Below, piece by piece: positions 60,351-64,000 of a stretch of DNA of 64,000 bases (the stretch's first letter is position 1; each line of letters begins with the position of its first letter). The position numbers and the translations under genes were made by a program. The notes under the pieces were generated by a model. The model searched no databases, was not told where the DNA came from, and was given only the letters and a program-made list of their open reading frames with translations. Location of the stretch: the IMG/VR virus record IMGVR_UViG_3300011008_000008. One strand, written 5' to 3'. The stretch is from a virus. Its lineage: Duplodnaviria; Caudoviricetes.

Positions 60351-61056
60351 TCAAAACAAGTTCTTCGATTAGCTCTTTTGCCCTTGGAGTATTAATATAA
60401 TACTTCTCGTCAACGCTATTCTCAAGAACGTCACTCATTCGCACGTCGCTTTCAATCGGCTCCGGAAACTTGAATAATCCATTGTCAATATCTTTGCGAA
60501 TAATAATCACATAAACGCGCTCTCTGTTTTGAGGAATCTCATAATCTTTTGCATTGAGCACTTTATAATATGTATTATATCCATATTCATTTAGTTCATC
60601 TATAAACATTTGGAATGTTTGTTTGAACTTCTTGCCTACAATGTTTTTCACATTCTCATAGATTGCCCATTTGGGCTTGTTGGCACGAATCAAGCGCAGC
60701 CATTCTACAAGTAACGAACTTCGTGTTTTATCAAGAGACCCGTTGCTACACTTAGGACAACGATCTCTTTGATCAAAATGAACAGTCAAAGGATTATACT
60801 CATAACCGCATTTTCTACACACCCATCTGCTACCGCTTTGTTTACCGGCAATTGAAAAGTCCTGACATGGTGAACCTCCACAAATCATATTAAAGTAATT
60901 CATATTGTCAGCATTGACTTTTGTGATATCACCTAAGTTCTTATCCGGAGATTCATCATATATTGCGCAATAACTCTTTGTCGCAAACTTATCAAGTTCG
61001 CAAAAATTTACCAGTTCAAATCCTCTGTTTTTTGAATCGAAACTTTTATTTTCCAA
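60286..61056 (-). CDS. C5 cytosine methyltransferase catalytic subunit (motifs II-VIII, lacks motif I)
   Basis: FCELDK, GDITKV, GGSPCQDFS, YENVKN and PQNRERVY; zinc-ribbon insert CRKC..CPKC. Confidence 0.9.
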   Translation of the reverse strand: MENKSFDSKNRGFELVNFCELDKFATKSYCAIYDESPDKNLGDITKVNADNMNYFNMICGGSPCQDFSIAGKQSGSRWVCRKCGYEYNPLTVHFDQRDRCPKCSNGSLDKTRSSLLVEWLRLIRANKPKWAIYENVKNIVGKKFKQTFQMFIDELNEYGYNTYYKVLNAKDYEIPQNRERVYVIIIRKDIDNGLFKFPEPIESDVRMSDVLENSVDEKYYINTPRAKELIEELVLSGKLENETSHTVRGGGEEAWM

Positions 61057-61112
61057 AGTTAGTATTCCTTCCTAAAATACAGCGTATTTAAAAACACAAT
61101 CTTTATGATTTG

Positions 61113-61169
61113 AACTTTTATCATTCTGGAAGCCCTCTATTTTAGATTGTTTTTAGAATGATAAAAGTT
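61113..61169. repeat. 15-bp perfect inverted repeat upstream of the methyltransferase
   Basis: AACTTTTATCATTCT (61113-61127) / AGAATGATAAAAGTT (61155-61169). Confidence 0.8.
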
Positions 61170-61174
61170 TCGTT

Positions 61175-62374
61175 TTATTCATACCTATATAGCCCAGGCA
61201 TGATCTCATTACACATGTCAAAGACTTTGCCCATGCCTAAACCTTCCTTGCTTGGAACCCAGATTTTCTTCGGATTCCAATTAATCCATCCCATTTCATC
61301 CGGCTCCATACTTGCCGTTGGATCGTAAGCAGGATTATCTACCCATTGTCCACCACCAATACAATACTCATATTGTCTCGGATGTGTTCTTGCAAGCATT
61401 TGGAATCTTGTTTCTCCCTTTTCAAGATGAAAACCAAATCCACAATACACACATCCTGTCCTTTGACATCCACTGCATTTCCATTTACAACCATTCGGCA
61501 TTCCTGCGCCATTGGGTATAACAATTTCACCCTGCTTATTGACAATATTAATCGTGCCATATGGTTCAGCGATCTCTATATTTTTTAGCTTGATATACGT
61601 TAGAATATCCTGCTCTGTCCAAAATGACATCGGTTGACTTGTGGCATCATTACTATTAAAAGCATTGCATCCGTGCTTTATCCACGCCTGTTTTCTCATG
61701 CGACTTTCTTCTGCCAATGTTCCAATATATGGTCTTGCTCCAGTATCCTTCTGATACCTTTTAACAACATTCTTCTTCATAATATTGCAACAATAATGAG
61801 AAATCATTACGGGCAATTCGCGGGCGATAGGTAGCCATTTTTCTTTGTTGAATATTGTATTCTCGCCTAATTGCTCTTTTACATTGCATAAACAAGCTCT
61901 GCGCCAGTTATGCCACTTTCCTTTCGAGGCTTGATCGCCCCCCCCGCCGTTATGTGTGACTGGTTTAATTCTTCGTGCATAGTAAATACACTCAGCTGTT
62001 TCTTTACTGATCAGCGGATAACCATACTCAGAGAGTGTTTGCTTGAAATTTTTCTTAGGATATAGCGTAATTACATTATCAAATTTCTTTACAAACCTCT
62101 GCAATGCTGGAAATTCAAGACCGGTATTTGAAAATACTGCAGGAACACCGGGAAACAACGATCTCACAAGATATAATAAAACCGTACTATCTTTCCCTCC
62201 AGAAAAACTAACATATACATTCCCATTGTAATGATGATACCATTCTATTATTCTTGCCGCCGTTATACCGATCTTACGTTCAAGTGGTAATGCTTGTAGT
62301 TCCTTTAATCGCTCTGCATCGTGTATCAATCCATCAGCTGATATCCTATCGACTTGATCATCAGTTAATATCAA
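61175..62374 (-). CDS. PAPS-reductase-family (PP-loop) protein
   Basis: SFSGGKDS, TGLEF, CC..MKK, ES..R and RTGCVYCGFG; start likely TTG at 62374 after GGAGG. Confidence 0.85.
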   Translation of the reverse strand: MILTDDQVDRISADGLIHDAERLKELQALPLERKIGITAARIIEWYHHYNGNVYVSFSGGKDSTVLLYLVRSLFPGVPAVFSNTGLEFPALQRFVKKFDNVITLYPKKNFKQTLSEYGYPLISKETAECIYYARRIKPVTHNGGGGDQASKGKWHNWRRACLCNVKEQLGENTIFNKEKWLPIARELPVMISHYCCNIMKKNVVKRYQKDTGARPYIGTLAEESRMRKQAWIKHGCNAFNSNDATSQPMSFWTEQDILTYIKLKNIEIAEPYGTINIVNKQGEIVIPNGAGMPNGCKWKCSGCQRTGCVYCGFGFHLEKGETRFQMLARTHPRQYEYCIGGGQWVDNPAYDPTASMEPDEMGWINWNPKKIWVPSKEGLGMGKVFDMCNEIMPGLYRYE

Positions 62375-62834
62375 TTTTTGTATTCCCTCCAACTTTATTA
62401 TCTTTATATATAACAACCATACTTGGAAACGGTGCTGAATTGTTACTATTGCCAAACTTCAATCTACCACGTACAAATCTAATTTCTGCTTTACCCAATA
62501 TGTAATCATGAAACCATTTTGTATCTGTTCTCGCTGGCAATAACATAACAATCAACTGCCCACGCAAGCTTTCCTCATATGCCTTTTTTACCCACAAGCC
62601 AATTTCTCTGCCATAGGGAGGATTACAGAATACCCCCCCCGCAGGAACAACCCAGGGCTGAGATAGGCCATCAATCTCTTTTGAATAGTAATTCACACAC
62701 TTATGATTTGTTGAATCTGCCGCAGCATCCAGCGTAAAATGGAACTCTGCATTTAGTTCATCGAAAAAATCTTGTGGTGTAGCCCACTGATCCGTTTTGC
62801 TGGAAAACATCACATCTGTATTTATAGCCATCAC
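62361..62834 (-). CDS. Phage DNA N6-adenine methyltransferase (second paralog)
   Basis: QWATPQ, FTLDAAA, FCNPPY, LLPARTDT and GRLKF motifs. Confidence 0.9.
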   Translation of the reverse strand: MMAINTDVMFSSKTDQWATPQDFFDELNAEFHFTLDAAADSTNHKCVNYYSKEIDGLSQPWVVPAGGVFCNPPYGREIGLWVKKAYEESLRGQLIVMLLPARTDTKWFHDYILGKAEIRFVRGRLKFGNSNNSAPFPSMVVIYKDNKVGGNTKIDIN

Positions 62835-62840
62835 TCCTGA

Positions 62841-63794
62841 TTATTCAACTTTAACACCTATAAACTCCAATGCCTCTTTCATGCCAAGCCCCCCCTGTGA
62901 CCAAGGCCGCATACAATAATCCCATAGTTTCGGATGTGTTTGCTTTAGTCTTTGAAACCTATTTGGTTCTTTTTCTCTATGACAGCCAAATCCGCAGAAA
63001 ACACAGCCCGTCCTATCACATCCAGTAGTACAAAATCTCCCGTCATTGTCTTGAACAATATCCCCATAAACCGAAGCATAATTAAGATTATATCGCTTTA
63101 TATATTCGAGTACGTCTTGCTCAGTCCAGAATGACATAGGTTGTGAAGTTGGCCTAATCCCGTCAAAAGCATTACAACCTTTCTTGCGCCACTCTGTTTT
63201 GCGAAGCTGACTTTCGCAAGCCATAGTTGCAATAATCGGGTGCAAACCTGTTTCTTTTTCAAACTTCTTAGCGGGTTTCTTTTTCATAATATTACAGCAC
63301 TTATGGCTTATTGGAATATCACTGTCCCTTAATTCCTTCCACTTCGCCATAGAAAACCTGTTTTTATACTTCTTGTTATACTCGCTGTTTGGATCAAATC
63401 TGGCAACCGTATATCCATCCGGCTTTTGCCTGGACTCATATATTTTCTGTGCGACCTCTTTGCTGATCAAAGGATAGCCATATGTTTGAATGACTTTCCT
63501 AAAGCTCATTTCCGGGGTTAGCCGTATAACATTTGGAACCGTCTTTACAAACTGCCTTATCTCTGGATATTCAAGCCCGGTATCTATAAAAACTGCCGGA
63601 ATATCTGGATTAATCTTTCTAACAATATCAAGCAGAACTGTACTATCCTTACCTCCACTAAAGCTAACATAGACTTGGTTTTCATATCTTGCACAATATT
63701 CAATAATTCTCGTTTGTGTTCTAAGTATCTTTTGCCCCAATGACCATGACTGCATGATCTTCAAATCTTCGTTCGTAAATTTCACACCGACCAC
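62841..63794 (-). CDS. PAPS-reductase-family (PP-loop) protein (second paralog)
   Basis: SFSGGKDS, DTGLEYP, CC.IMKK and RTGCVFCGFG. Confidence 0.88.
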   Translation of the reverse strand: MVGVKFTNEDLKIMQSWSLGQKILRTQTRIIEYCARYENQVYVSFSGGKDSTVLLDIVRKINPDIPAVFIDTGLEYPEIRQFVKTVPNVIRLTPEMSFRKVIQTYGYPLISKEVAQKIYESRQKPDGYTVARFDPNSEYNKKYKNRFSMAKWKELRDSDIPISHKCCNIMKKKPAKKFEKETGLHPIIATMACESQLRKTEWRKKGCNAFDGIRPTSQPMSFWTEQDVLEYIKRYNLNYASVYGDIVQDNDGRFCTTGCDRTGCVFCGFGCHREKEPNRFQRLKQTHPKLWDYCMRPWSQGGLGMKEALEFIGVKVE

Positions 63795-64000
63795 AAACCA
63801 TACATCGGTTAGCGGTCAACGATTTGATCTCCCCATGCTTTGGCTTCAAAGCCTCTACGCTATACGAAATAGTTTTACACCAAACTTATATCAATCCTTT
63901 GGCAACTCGGCTTCACCGAGATAGGTGTTACTCCTTCCCGTTCGTATTATTCTCCATCTTCATTGTTATCATCGTCGTTGTTTTCATTATCGTTATTTTG

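Noticed and set aside
1-64000. Stop-codon reassignment as the cause of gene fragmentation
   Set aside because: Very long ORFs are intact under the standard code and TAA, TAG and TGA all end genes; breaks are explained by introns or frame changes

Overview
Segment of a large, AT-rich, temperate siphovirus-type phage of a Firmicutes (probably Clostridia) host, with phage genes on both sides of the att site, so most likely the non-integrated form. The + strand (1-35.75 kb) holds the tail module: major tail protein, RecU-like resolvase, a tyrosine recombinase, tape measure protein (TMP), Dit, Tal and a 2607-aa receptor-binding protein. A complete diversity-generating retroelement (DGR: VR, tandem-domain Avd, TR, RT) and lysis genes follow. 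The - strand (36.2-64 kb) holds the integrase, nucleotide metabolism, replication, RNA repair and DNA modification genes. Four things are not explained by the ORF track. (1) A 791-nt group I intron (7290-8080) joins the two TMP ORFs in frame and carries an antisense zinc-ribbon gene with its own consensus promoter instead of a homing endonuclease. (2) A 249-nt group I intron (33943-34191) splits the catalytic triad of a C39-type lysin. (3) The attP region carries a promoter plus the 5' half of tRNA-Val(GAC). (4) A split, circularly permuted C5 DNA methyltransferase has an array of about 7 overlapping target-recognition-like mini-modules, four interrupted by G8/G9 tracts, suggesting a phase-variable combinatorial methylation system. 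All calls come from reading the sequence by eye; no searches were run.
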